Source: Ranitomeya imitator (Eukaryota). From it: a stretch of 64,000 nt of DNA. The DNA lies in contig NC_091289.1 of NCBI RefSeq assembly GCF_032444005.1, forward strand, positions 64,852,001 to 64,916,000, given 5' to 3'. Positions within the stretch are counted from its first letter, which is position 1. Each line of letters opens with the position of its first letter. Shown piece by piece: positions 23,440-36,503 of the stretch. Position numbers and translations under genes: made by a program. The notes beneath the pieces are model-generated. The model had not been told where the DNA came from. It made no database searches and saw only the letters and a program-made list of their open reading frames with translations.

Positions 23440-25003
23440 GTGAAAGCCGTGCAGTATGTCATATCTGGACTTTTCGCTTTACGTGAATATTTTGGGATTT
23501 TTTTTTTTTCAACGAGTCAAAATTGAAAGTAGAAATAAGTTGCGCTCTCTGCTCGTGAGGAGGAGTCCCACCTACCTGAATAGTTGTAGCTTCATCACAT
23601 GTTTATGGTGTAATTATAGATGGGGGAATCGATTTTCAGGACTCTGGTCCAGCAGCCAGGTCAGTCTCCAAGTTATGGCATAACTCAATAACTTTATATA
23701 AATTGGATTACCCCTACAGATGGAAGATTTCATTCATAGGACTCCACTCCATCGGCCTGGTCATTAATCTGCAATTCTCCTTACCTCCTGGCATTCTGGT
23801 CTCTTCTTTCTAGTGCTACATCATCATTGTGGCATAACGCAAATACTGTGGTGTGTCAGCCATCAGAAGAGCTGGGTATGCCACCGGGAGGTAAGGAGAA
23901 TCGCAGGGCTCCCGTCTAACAGTCGCAGATTACTGACCTGGCCGATAGAGCGGAGTCCTTTGAATGAAATCTTCCTTCTGTAGGGATAATCCAATTTATA
24001 TAAAGTTATTAAATGGTGCCATACCTTGATGATCTGTTGGGGTCCTTCTGAGACACCCACTAATTCCTAGGACTAGTTTTAGTGCTGCCTTCCCTTCCTG
24101 TGCAGGGGAGCCCCATCCTGCCCATGTGAATAGGTCTGTGCTGCAGTTACTTGCATGATGGGTGTCGGGGACCACCACTGAAAAGGAAACTGTTATGGGA
24201 TGGGCCCACAGTGCTATCATAACACTATGGCTTCTTCATTCTCAGAATTGTCTGGTATGTTAGATGTCAGAACCGCATGCATGCTTACGCCTCCGCATCA
24301 TCTTGTGCATGATGCAAAAAAAAAACAAAACAGCATGTACATGCTTTTAATTGCGTTTTGGCTTGCGTTTGCGTTTTAGGCGCATGATGGAGGCGATTAC
24401 ATCATTTTGTCTAAACGCATGCATATCGGAAGCATGCGTGCGCATGTCCTTGCGTACCAATGCGTTCCCATAGACAGTAGTGCAGGTTTTTTTTTTAATG
24501 CAATCATCTGCATGCGCATGATTGCGCAATATTTGATGCCTCAAAAAATGCAACTTGTTGCGTTCGCCGGACACCGTGAAACGACGCATGCGAAAGCATC
24601 CGCAAACACATGTCCCTGCGTACACCATGTTAAAGATATGTACGCATGCGTTTCATACAATGCGCACGAAACACTAATGTGAACCCGGCCTTAGAAGCAC
24701 AATTGCAACACTTTCATCATAATGCATTGAAATGGAGCAGCCACACTAAACTAATCACCATGTAACCAGCAGAAAACCCAGCATCTCCAGCTGTCGGTGC
24801 TGCTGCAGGCTGTAATCGGGGTTCAGTACAAGGTGAATATTGCAGTGGATATAGATGAGCGGTTATATGGGTCTCCGTTTGGCCTTCAGTTTTAGTCTAT
24901 ACAATTTGACATGCTGAGACCTTTTCCGTGTTGACTTTGTGCAGTTATGTGTCCTACAGAGTTACGACCGGTGCCCCTTACACAACTTGTATCTGCTTTA
25001 TAG

Positions 25004-25196
25004 GTGAAGGATGAGCCTGATTCTCCAACAGGACTTGGCATGATGGATCGCTCCCGGATGCTCCTCTGCACAATGACGTTTCTTTGTTTGACATTTAACC
25101 CATTGACATCATTGCTTAATACGGATAATGGCCAATATTCAGACAGGACAGTGCAGCATGGGACGAGTAGGACTATGCTGGGTATTGAGGTTTCAG
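25004..25196 (+). CDS. SREBF2: SREBF2 exon 8 (DRSR, TM1 with NP for S2P, S1P site RTML at 25169-25180)
   Basis: ttatag|GTG AAG GAT GAG ... GTT TCA G|gtgcgt; VKDEPDSP..MMDRSRMLLC..FNPLTSLL..SRTML. Confidence 0.95.
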
Positions 25197-25559
25197 GTGC
25201 GTCTCCTTTCCATGACTTGTACTGATGTGGTGGTATTTCAATCCTTTATTTTGAGTAACTACATAGGTTCAGTCTGACACAACACACTATGAAAAACCTT
25301 ATGTTCATTAGACGCTGGACCTGCTAATTTCACTGAGACTACTTTACTATTTAATATAACAATTGTTGTAGCTTCCATAGGACTGAATTCACAAACTAAA
25401 AACACTATAAGCAGTAACATCTTAAATCTATTCTGACCTCCTCCTCCCCATAGACTACAATAGGCAGCTGTAATCTGATCCCTCAACAATCCTGCAGCCT
25501 GTAGTGTCAGAGCAAGTTTTGTTCAGATTGAATGAAGAGTTTGAGAAGCAGGAGGAGGC

Positions 25560-27767
25560 GTTTATTAGCATCCTGGATAGGACCTGTGCACAGTATATAC
25601 CATATGGGAATAAACATACTAGAAATAGGAGGAAACCAATATGGCTAAATAGAGCTGTAAGGGGCGCAATAAGTGACAAAAAGAAAGCATTTAGAGAATT
25701 AAAGGAAGTAGGTAGTGAGGAGGCATTAAATAAATACAGAAAATTAAATAAATTCTGTAAAAAGCAAATCAAGGCAGCAAAGATTGAGACAGAGAGACTC
25801 ATTGCCAGAGAGAGTAAAAATAATCCTAAAATATTCTTTAACTACATAAATAGTAAGAAACTAAAAAATGATAGTGTTGGCCCCCTTAAAAATAGTCTGG
25901 GTGAGATGGTGGATGAGGAAAAAGCCAATATGCTAAATTACTTTTTTTCATCAGTATTTACACAAGAAAATCCCATGGCAGACAAAATGTCTAGTGATAA
26001 AAATTCCCAATTAAATGTCACCTGCTTAATCCAGCAGGAAGTGCGGCGGCGTCTAAAAATCACTAAAATTGACAAATCTCCGGGCCCGGATGGGATACAC
26101 CCTCGAGTACTGCAGGAATTAAGTACAGTCATTGATAGACCATTATTTTTAATCTTTAAAGACTCCATAATAACAGGGTCTGTGCCACAGGACTGGCTGA
26201 TAGCAAATGTGGTGCCAATATTCAAAAAGGGGACAAAAACTGAACTCGGAAATTATAGGCCAGTAAGCTTAACATCTACTGTGGGTAAAATCCTGGAGGG
26301 CATTCTAAGGGATGCTATACTGGAGTACCTGAAGAGGAATAACCTCATGACCCAGTATCAGCACGGGTTTACTAGGGACCGTTCCTGTCAGACTAATTTG
26401 ATCAGTTTCTATGAAGAGGCAAGTTCCGGATTGGACCAAGGGAACCCAGTGGATGTAGTGTATATGGACTTTTCAAAAGCTTTTGATACGGTGCCACACA
26501 AAAGGTTGATACATAAAATGAGAATAATGGGGATAGGGGAAAATATGTGCAAGTGGGTTGAGAGCTGGCTCAGGGATAGGAAACAAAGGGTGGTTATTAA
26601 TGGAGCACACTCGGACTGGGTAGCGGTTAGCAGTGGGGTACCACAGGGGTCAGTATTGGGCCCTCTTCTTTTTAACATATTTATTAATGACCTTGTAGGG
26701 GGCATTCAGAGTAGAATTTCAATATTTGCAGATGACACTAAACTCTGCAGGGTAATCAATACAGAGGAGGACAATTTTATATTACAGGATGATTTATGTA
26801 AACTAGAAGCTTGGGCTGATAAATGGCAAATGAGCTTTAATGGGGATAAATGTAAGGTCATGCACTTGGGTAGAAGTAATAAGATGTATAATTATGTGCT
26901 TAATTCTAAAACTCTGGGCAAAACCGTCAATGAAAAAGACCTGGGTGTATGGGTGGATGACAAACTTAAATTCAGTGGCCAGTGTCAGGCAGCTGCTACA
27001 AAGGCAAATAAAATAATGGGATGCATTAAAAGAGGCATAGATGCTCATGAGGAGAATATAATTTTACCTCTATACAAGTCACTTGTTCGACCACACTTAG
27101 AATACTGTGCACAGTTCTGGTCTCCGGTGTTTAAGAAAGACATAGCTGAACTAGAGCGGGTGCAGAGAAGAGCGACCAAGGTTATTAGAGGACTGGGGGG
27201 TCTGCAATACCAAGATAGGTTATTACACTTGGGGCTATTTAGTTTGGAAAAACGAAGACTAAGGGGTGATCTTATTTTAATGTATAAATATATGAGGGGA
27301 CAGTACAAAGACCTTTCTGATGATCTTTTTAATCATAGACCTGAAACAGGGACAAGGGGGCATCCTCTGCGGTTGGAGGAAAAAAGGTTTAAGCATAATA
27401 ACAGACGCGGATTCTTTACTGTAAGAGCAGTGAGACTATGGAACTCTCTGCCGTATGATGTTGTAATGAGTGATTCATTACTTAAATTTAAGAGGGGACT
27501 GGATACCTTTCTGGAAAAGTATAATGTTACAGGGTATATACACTAGATTCCTTGATAGGGCGTTGATCCAGGGAACTAGTCTGATTGCCGTATGTGGAGT
27601 GGGGAAGGAATTTTTTTCCCCAATGTGGAGCTTACTCTTTGCACATGGGGTTTTTTTTGCCTTCCTCTGGATCAACATGTTAGGGCATGTTAGGTTAGGC
27701 TATGGGTTGAACTGGATGGACATATAGTCTTCCTTCAACCTTAATAACTATGTAACTATGTATATGT
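25560..27767 (+). mobile_element. CR1 LINE, 5'-truncated; RT frame open to 27546; 3' UTR ending in (AACTATGT)n
   Basis: KSPGPDGIHPRVL, NYRPVSLTS, YMDFSKAFDTV, GVPQGSVLGP, FADD, RPHLEYC; octamer tail at about 27746-27761. Confidence 0.93.
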
Positions 27768-27970
27768 ATGGAGGACAAATTATAAAACGGATATTGCAGC
27801 ATTGAAAGGGACCCCAACTAAAAGCCACCTTGACAGAATGCAGCATTAGTGCTGCACAAGATGGCTCTTTTAGTCAAAAATGCCTGGGGGGTGACAGGTT
27901 CCCTTTAATAGTCACACACAGAACATGCACATCCCACTGTACACAGACAGCATACATACATACACACTCA

Positions 27971-28228
27971 GACACCCTTCTTGAAAAGTATAATGTTACA
28001 GGTTATATATATATTAGATTCCTTGATAGGGCGTTGATCCAGGGAACTAGTCTGATTGCCGTATGTGGAGTCGGGAAGGAATTTTTTTCCCCAATGTGGA
28101 TCTTACTCTTTCACATGGTTTTTTTTTTTTGCCTTCCTCTGGATCAACGTGTTAGGGCATGTTAGGTTAGGCTATGGGTTGAACTTGATGGACTTAAAGT
28201 CTTCCTTCAACCTTAATAATAACTAAGT
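27971..28228 (+). mobile_element. Second, short CR1 3'-end fragment
   Basis: Matches about 27502-27750 with several substitutions and small indels. Confidence 0.88.
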
Positions 28229-28253
28229 GTTGCATACAAAAGGTGTGCATTAA

Positions 28254-29035
28254 AGGAAATTTGTCAATGGGATAAACCATAAGCCGTCTATATGGGCATG
28301 TAGGTCAAAGAAATTTGAGTAAAATGTTACCTTGATATCTGCAATCCAGTGTATTCTTAAAGATATCAATGTTTTTCTTATATGTAAATAAGCTGTTAAG
28401 ATCTGCGGGCCGGGCACTGATCTCCCTCAGAATCTGCCTTCAGAGATTATATGAAATTAAATGGAGAGTTACCAGTGTGAGACAAGTAATGACTGACGGA
28501 CTGATTTCACTGCAGAGCTGTGTGTGATTGTAACTAAGTGCAGCAGAGCTCAAGTTTTTTTCACTATATTACTTGGCTCTGCTGCAGATCTGTCCCTGAC
28601 TACAATGAGCACTTCAGCTGCCATCTCACAGGCAGTCACTGTGGGGGGAGAGGCAGTGCAGCAGAGCTGACAGCACTCTGAGAGGGAGAGGCATGTGTGT
28701 CGTGTAATGAGATCTATTCAGCACTACTGTACTATGTAAGTTGTAATTGGGCATAGCTCTGCAGTGAGATCAGGAGAGCAGACTGTCAGTCATTACATGT
28801 CTCACACTGGTAATGTCCCTTTTTATTTAATATCCGCTCTGGAGGCAGATTTTCATGCAGATCTATGTCCGGCCCATATATCTTAAAAGCTCCTTTACAT
28901 AGTAAGAAAAACGTAGATTTCTCTGGACTAAGACATCAGATCCCAGGTATCAAGGTATCATGTTATGCGGCTTCCTATGACCTACATGTCAATATGGACA
29001 GCTTAGGGGCGATACTGCTGACAGATGACTCTTCT
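28254..29035. mobile_element. TTAA-target palindromic MITE (T2/Kolobok-like), degenerate
   Basis: ttaa|aggaaatttgtc..atatgggcatgtaggtc at the left and gacctacatgtcaatat..gacagat at the right. Degenerate relatives at about 9965, 14635, 22190-22615, 39840-40240 and 45215-45490. Confidence 0.55.
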
Positions 29036-29407
29036 TCCTTTTAGAGACTGTAAGATGATTCAATCAATTTGGTTTCAGTTTAACCATAAAGGGTTAAAAC
29101 GGGGTGAGGGAGGTGCAGGGTGACGGCACCAGCGGTCTGATCCGATCACCCAGAGGAGCACTGCCGACCTCCATTATTCTCTATGGTCATTATTTGTGCA
29201 GATTGGTGAAGCTGCGGTGACCATTAAATATAGTATGTTAGAGAGATGATAGAATATCCGTGTACTGCGATGCAATATAAGGCTGTGGTAGCCGTTCATG
29301 TAATGTCCTACATCATAAATGGTAAATATACATAGCGAATAATCCGAGTACTGCTCACATACTGTGAATGCCGAGTGTTACCGCTCACGTCTCTCGTTAT
29401 ACTGCAG

Positions 29408-29592
29408 GTCTGTCTGGGAGCTGGCTTGACTGGCTCATCCCTACATTAATTCTTTGGCTGGTAAATGGCGTGATTGTTCTCAGCGTCTTCATGAAGCTAC
29501 TGATCCACGGAGAGCCGGTGACAAGGTTGCACTCACGTTCTTCTGTAAAGTTTTGGAGGCACCGCAAACAGGCTGACCTGGATCTTGCTCGG
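29408..29592 (+). CDS. SREBF2: SREBF2 exon 9 (TM2)
   Basis: ctgcag|GT CTG TCT ... GCT CGG|gtaatt; [23 protein letters not shown]...[14 protein letters not shown]. Confidence 0.95.
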
Positions 29593-30309
29593 GTAATTTT
29601 ATCACTTCTTCGTTTATTGTTTTTTGGGGTTTTTTTTATAGGCCACAATATTTGTTATTTATTTTATGAAATAAATGATAGCTACCTACACAAATTATAT
29701 TTACAGCCAATGAGGGGAGAAGTCGTCATCTGCGGCTGATAGGAGCAGAAATGGGTTTCCGTTCAGTCACTATAATCCTACAGTGCCAAGCCACAAGAAA
29801 GCCGAGGAAACCTATGAGACGGCTAAGAGATCACCTCTTAGGTGGGAGAAATTCCTTCCGAACGCCAAAATCTGAAAACCAAATCCACGACCCATCCATC
29901 TGTAACATTTAGTTATATATAGTTAAACCCCTTCATGACCACCGACTGTAAATAAACATCAGCACCAATGTTTCTTTACGGTCGTCATTCTTCCAGGGCT
30001 TGGGACCCCCAGAGTCCTGACTGGCGACATTATTGGGACCCGATTGGCTCAGGTGCCAATGATGTTAACACGGAGTTATCTTCTCGATGCTGCAATCACA
30101 ACATTTAAAGTTTGTGAGAGGGAGAGAACTTGTTCGCTCACCCCTCTGACATCCCCACAACGTGATAATGTGGAACCAAGGGTTGTTATGGCAACCAGAG
30201 ATCAACTACAGTGGCCTGTTAGACCCAGCCAGTAGCAGGGTCTAACAGGCATTATTGCAATGTCTGAGATCAGAGAAATTAAAAGTTAAAGTCCCATACA
30301 AGGGACTAA

Positions 30310-30951
30310 AGGTACCGTTACACTAAACGACTTACCAACGATCACGACCAGATATACGACCTGGCTGTGATCGTTGGTAAGTCGTTGTGTGGTCGCTGGG
30401 GAGCTGTCACACAGACACCTCTCTCCAGCGACCAACGATCAGGGGAACGACTTCGGCATCGTTGAAACTGTCTTCAACGATGCCGAGGTCCCCGGATAAC
30501 CAGGGTAAACATCGGGTTACTAAGTGAAGGGCTGCTGTGCTCTGCTTTACGGCCGGTGCCGCTGACAGTCAGTGCAGGGAAGCTGACGGCGGGGGACGTG
30601 ACAGACATCGGAATGTATGTACTGTTTTTTTTTTTTAACTTTTACAATGGTAACCAGGGTAAATATCGGGTTACTAAGCGTGGCCCTGCGCTTAGTAACC
30701 CTATATTTACCCTGGTTACAAGTGAGCACATCGCTGGATCGGCGTCACACACGCCGATCCAGCGATGACAGTGGGTGATCAGCGACAAAAAAAAGGTCCT
30801 GATCATTCCCAGCGACCAACGATCTCCCAGCAGGGGCCTGATCGTTGGTCGTTGTCACGCATAACGAGATCGTTAGCGGGATCGTTGCTACGTCACAAAA
30901 AGCGTGACGTTGCAACGATATCGTTAACAAAATCGTTGTGTGAAGGTACCT
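30310..30951. mobile_element. Harbinger-type MITE with internal hairpins
   Basis: taa|aggtaccgttacac ... gtgtgaaggtacct|taa; internal palindrome gtaaccagggtaaat..ttactaagcg..cgcttagtaa..atttaccctggttac. Confidence 0.8.
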
Positions 30952-33649
30952 TAAGTAAATTAGTAAAAGAAAGATTTAGTTTTTTTAAAGCTGTTTAAAA
31001 AAAAAAAAAAAAAAATCATAGAAGACAACCCAATAAATGTCTATTTATGTAAAAACAAAAATAAACACAAAATTACACACATAAGGTTTCTCAGGAACGA
31101 CTCGACCTTTAAAATTGTCACACTATTTAACCTTCTTCCGTGAGCACTGCAAAAACCTATGCTCTGAACAAAAAGTGGAATAAAACATGATGAAAAATAC
31201 AAATGTAAATAAAAATGGTATAGCTGAAAGCTATAGCTGAAAGCGTCATCTTGTCCCGCAAAATAACAAGTCGCCATACAGCTCTATCAGCTAAAAAATA
31301 AGTTAGTCAGAATATAGCAGTACAAAAATATGTATTTTTTTTTTTTTCTATAAAATAATTTTTGTGTAAAAGCCGCAAAACATAAAAAAGATTAGAAATG
31401 GTATCGCTATAATCGCATTGACCAAAGAATAAAGCTGCTGTTATAGAAAAACCCCTCAAAAAACTCCCTGAATTGCTGGATTTTGTTCATTGTGCCTCCC
31501 AAAAATCTGAATAAAAATCGATCAAAAAATGTTTTGTGCCTGAAAATTCTACCAATAAAAACGTTGACTTGTCCAGCAAAAAAACAAGCCCTCCCTTGAC
31601 TCTGTCAGCCAAAATGTGGAAAAATTATAGCTCTCAAAATATGCAGTCGCCAACAGAAGATTACCTATAACGAAGCGGATGGACACACTGTGGACACCAT
31701 AGGACCTGTGATCCACCAGTGACCAACTTTTTAGTTTTGTGCACTTCTGAAAAGGACAACACTGAGCAGAGGGCAGCCAGAGTCCAGAGTAACTGCTGCC
31801 TCATTATAGTGAATGAATCACGTCGCTTGGAGATGTAGATGGAAACCCCAATGTAAGTGCTCAGCATAGAGTGCAGGATAAATGTGATCCCAAATGTTAT
31901 GTAAAATATTCTCAATAAAAACTTCAACTCAATCCACAGAAAAACAATTCCCCACTGAGATTCATAATCTGTCAATTAAAATATAGGGGATTTCCACATT
32001 ACCGGAGGCACAAAGGCTCTGGAAAAGCATTGTCATCCCCAGCCTTCCTTCCACCCCCCCCCCACCCAAAAAATTCAGCAAATTCTGCCCTCCCAAATAC
32101 CCCGCTCCCTTCAGGGCCCCAGCCCAAGTTTGCCTAAACTATATTTAGCGTCCACATGTTTTGGCATTTCTGTAGTGATGAGGACCCCCTTAATTTATGG
32201 TGTGTGTCTCTAGAAGCAGGAGCTTAGTACTACAATGTAATGGGCACTACAGCATACCGCTTACAATTTTCTGTGCACTACAGTGGCAGATTTGCAATTT
32301 CAACACTAGGCAACATCCACTGCTGCTTGTTTCTGGAAAACACCCATGGAGTCAAAATCATCACTACACCTGTAGATATTCCCAAAGTGGAGCTGTCATG
32401 GGGTCCTACTCCGGTATCACACAATCAACAGAGCCAGAGAAGTGTGAACAATCCCAAGACCTTTATGTATGCAAAAATACGAAAGGTCCATATACGATCC
32501 ACCACACAAAGGATAAAATAGTCCAGAACACGAATGCAGTTCAGTAACAGGGTAAAAGTCCAACAATCCAGCAGACAGAGGATAACGTAGTCCATATACT
32601 CTTCCTTCTCTCTGACGTGCTGTCTTCACATCATGGTTCCACACAGGATCTGATCTGTGTCACCTCCCTGATATTTACAAGTCCCTCTCCTCATTCACAG
32701 GTTAGGGGGGTGGGTCGCAGGGGCTCATTGTTTCATCAAGCTAGTTCAATATGTCATTAGCATATTAGCAAACAACATTACTCACTGACCCTGTGGAGAG
32801 ATAACAGTACAGGACTGTGGGCGCTGATATCAGATGGCAAATAACTCATCCTACAAGAGAACACCATGATAATCAGTAAAATATAAATATACACAAAGTG
32901 ATACCCACATAACATATCCCACCATCACAGGTGCAATTTCCATAATTCGGTCACATGAGCAGGGATTCTGCTTTTCTAGCACTTGGGGGCGCTGTATATG
33001 GAGTCCGCAAACTATTCTACGAAAAATGATTTTCCATGAGTCAAGTAGCACTCCTTCCCTCCTGAGTCTCGCCAGGTGGCTAAGCACAGCCACATATGGG
33101 GTATTGTCATGTTGAGCTGAGATTGTGACAAATTTTGGTGCAATTTTTACCCGTTTCCCCATGTGAAAATGTAAAATCTGGGGCTAAAACTAAATTTTGT
33201 GTGGTAAAAATGTAGTTATTTTTTTCTTTACTCAATGGTATAAAATTCTGTGACACACCCGTGGTGTCAATATGATCACTGCACCCCTAAATCAATTCAG
33301 TTGTAGTTTGTAAAATGGGGTCACTTATGGAGGGTTCTGCACCTCTGGGGCTCTGCCTATGTGACATGGCACCCACAAACCATAACAGCAAAATGTGCAC
33401 TATAATATGGCTCTCCTTCCCTCCTGAGCTTTGTACTGTGCTGCAGAAGTAGTTTTTCACCACTTATGTGGTATTAACGTACCAAGGAGAAAATGAACTG
33501 TAAAATTTGTAGGGCAATTTCTCCTATTACCCCTTCTGAAAATTTCAAACTTGGCGCCAAAGCAACTTTTGTAAAGGAAACAATTGTAATATTTCATTTA
33601 CTCAGCTTAATACAATACAATTTTGTGAATCGTCTGAGGGTTACTCACT

Positions 33650-33955
33650 AGTGATGAGCGAATATACTCGTTACTTGAGATTTCTCGAGCACGCTCCGGT
33701 GACCTCCGAGTATTTTTTAGTGCTCGGAGATTTAGTTTTCATCGCCGCAGCTGAATGATTTACATCTTCTAGCCAGCATAAGTACATGTGGAGGTTGCCT
33801 GGTTGCTAGGGAATCCCCACATGTAATCAAGCTGGCTAACAGATGTAAATCATTCAGCTGAGGTGAGGAAAACTAAATCTCCGAGCACTAAAAAATACTC
33901 GGTCACCCGAGCGTGCTCGAGAAATCTCGGGTAACGAGTGTACTCATTCGTTACT
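33650..33955. mobile_element. Palindromic MITE (AGTGATGAGCG termini); second copy at 60537-60846
   Basis: Arms gagatttctcgagcacgc / gcgtgctcgagaaatctc; both copies share the same core. Confidence 0.75.
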
Positions 33956-35505
33956 ATTACTCACTACTTACCTAGATGAATTCCTCAAAAGATATAGTTT
34001 CCAAAACGGTGTCCCTTGTTTTCCACTGTTAGGCACATCAGGAGCTCTCCAAACACGACATCTTGATTCCAGCCAGTTTTGAGTTCCAAAATTCAAACAT
34101 TGCTCCTTCCCTTCTAGCCCTTGGGTAGCCCTGCCGTGCGCCCAAACAGTAGTTTTCCTCCACATATTGGGAATCTGCCCACTCATGAAAAATTGTACAA
34201 CAAATCGTACAGTCTAATTTCTCCTGTTACCCTTGTGATAATGCTAACTTTGTGGCTAGATTAAAATTTTTATGGGAAAAAGTAAAATACTCATTTTGTT
34301 TTCCCTCCACATTCCATTATTTCCTGTGAAGCACCTGAAGGGTTAATAAACTTCTTGAATGTGGTTTTCAGCACCTTGAGGGGTGCAGTTTTTAGAATGG
34401 TGTCACTTTTGGCTATTTTGTGTCACATAGACCTCCAAAATTACTTCAAATGTTATGTGGTCCCTAGAAAAAAAATATTTTGTAAATGTTGTTGTTAAAA
34501 TGAGAAATTGCTGATTAAATGTTAACCCTTCTCCTAGCAAAAACAAAATGTTTCAAAAATTGTGCTGATATAAAGTAGACATGTAGGAAATGTTGATTAT
34601 TAACTAATTTGCGTGACTTAACTCTCTGGATTAAGGGCACAAAAAATTTTGAACGTTTCAAAAATGCTACATTTTCAAAATTTTTGCCAAAATTCTGATA
34701 TTTTTACAAACGCAAAAAAATATCGATCTAAATTTATCACTAACACATGAGGTACAGTAGGTGTCGAGAAAACAATCTCGGAATCATTGGGATTCTTTGA
34801 AATGTTCCAGAGTTGTTATTACATAAAGGCACTGGTCAGAATTGTAAAAAATTGGCCTGGTCAGGAAGGTGAAAACAGGGGAGGATTGAAGGGGTTAAAG
34901 CCTTGTGTAGGACTAAAGTACTGATGACCCGTCCATAGGCTGGATTCATGGGTTGGAAATAAGCAATGTAATTGTGGAACACAGCAGTGGCCGCTGCCGA
35001 ATATTGCAAATATTTACTATTCAATTGAATGGGAGATTAAGTACAATACTTGGCAGCAGCCACTAATACATGGTACAGAGAGGGGAATGGAAAATACTTG
35101 GCAGAGGCCGCTAAGCAATCTGTAGACTATTATATTCCACCATACGGGTGGACAATACCATTGGTGCAACCTGTGCAGCCGCACAAGCTTAAGGGGGCCA
35201 CTACCACCTCCACAGCAGCTGACATTGTCCATTATTATGAGCTATTGGATTACAAGGGGCCTTGTTCTGTCTTTGACCTCTTCCACATCGCTTAGTTTGA
35301 GTCAGTCCAGTTTTCAGTTGATCTGTGGGGGTGCAGAGTGTCGGGTCGGACCCCCTCTGATCTTATGTTGATGACCTTCAGTAATATATTATTTGTTTCA
35401 TAGTCTCGCTGCTTAGAAGCCCCACCTGTTGATCGTCTGTTCTTGTGGATGACGACAATGCTAGTTGGTGCATATACACAATGTACTTCTTTCTTTCACG
35501 CACAG

Positions 35506-35767
35506 GGAGATTTTGGAGCGGCAGCAGTGAATTTACAGACTTGCCTGTGTGTATTGGGGCGCTCTCTCCCTACTTCCCGCTTCGACCTTGCGTGCAGCCT
35601 GTCTTGGAACGTTATCCGTTGCAGTCTCCAGAAGATCAGTCTGGTGCGTTGGCTGCTCAAACGAACCCCAGGCCACTGTAAGAAGGCCGAATTCCAGGAT
35701 GAAGCCACAACCAGCGCTCGGGATGCCGCCCTTGTGTACCATAAGTTGCACCAGCTACATTTGACAG
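35506..35767 (+). CDS. SREBF2: SREBF2 exon 10
   Basis: gcacag|GGA GAT TTT ... TTG ACA G|gtactg; GDFGAAAVNLQTCL...YHKLHQLHLT. Confidence 0.94.
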
Positions 35768-35863
35768 GTACTGTCCTAGACAGATTGCTCACATACAAGA
35801 ACAACAATTCTGACTGCAGGTCTCCTGCCTCCATATTGACACTTTTTCATTTGTTCACTTCAG

Positions 35864-36033
35864 GGAAGTTGCCATCAAGCTGGCGTTGCTCAGGATTGAA
35901 TCTGTCGCTCTGTGCAGTAAACCTAGCGGAGTGCGCTGGTGACAAGATCTCCCCTACCTTACTGGCAGAAGTCCACCTGACCACCGCTGTGCAGATGAAG
36001 ATCACCTTCTCCGGGAGATTCTCTTTCCTCACT
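35864..36033 (+). CDS. SREBF2: SREBF2 exon 11
   Basis: cttcag|GG AAG TTG ... CTC ACT|gtacgt; KLPSS...LCAVNLAECAGDKI...FSFLT. Confidence 0.93.
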
Positions 36034-36503
36034 GTACGTCTCACTAAACCTCAGTTTTACTGTCACGCTTTATCATTACAGAAATTTTTCAACCTTATAA
36101 TCAAATTGTACTTGAATATTTCCTGTTTAAATGGAGTCTGCTATGGCCAAACCTGTAATTAAACTGCCAGTACACGAACAAGGGGGCTTGACCCCTATAA
36201 AATCATACCTGTACTATAGATTTTACTGCTTTTCTTGTGTAGAAAAAAACCTTTATTTAAAATGTGAACCAGGGCTCCTTCTCAATGCCCCCTTGGAATG
36301 GTCAAGGGCCCCATGCACCATTCAGTCCCCTAAAGTAACATGAGGCAGTTTACCCCTTAGCTGAATTATCAGCCATGGCTTGTCCACAGCGTGCACTGCC
36401 ATCATTGACATGCGCACTCCTGGAGCCCAGTAGCCGCAGATAGTGTTAGTGCGTGCTCCTTTCCTACTTCGCCCCTGACTGTAGCAGCTTCTCACTACAT
36501 GTA

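Larger units (their letters stand above)
29928..34894. mobile_element. Large non-coding TTAA-family element or compound (about 5 kb) filling most of intron 9
   Basis: ttaa(a)ccccttcatgacc ... gaagggg|ttaa. The segment about 33960-34894 has an inverted relative at 63178-64000. Whether this is a single insertion is uncertain. Confidence 0.45.

Noticed and set aside
23440-23451. Intron 7 begins GTGAAA, like exon 8 (GTGAAG), suggesting a duplicated exon start
   Set aside because: Only 5 nt match, and the GT-AG rule fixes the junction; chance.
25455-27678. Minus-strand ORFs over the CR1
   Set aside because: Antisense shadows of the RT frame.
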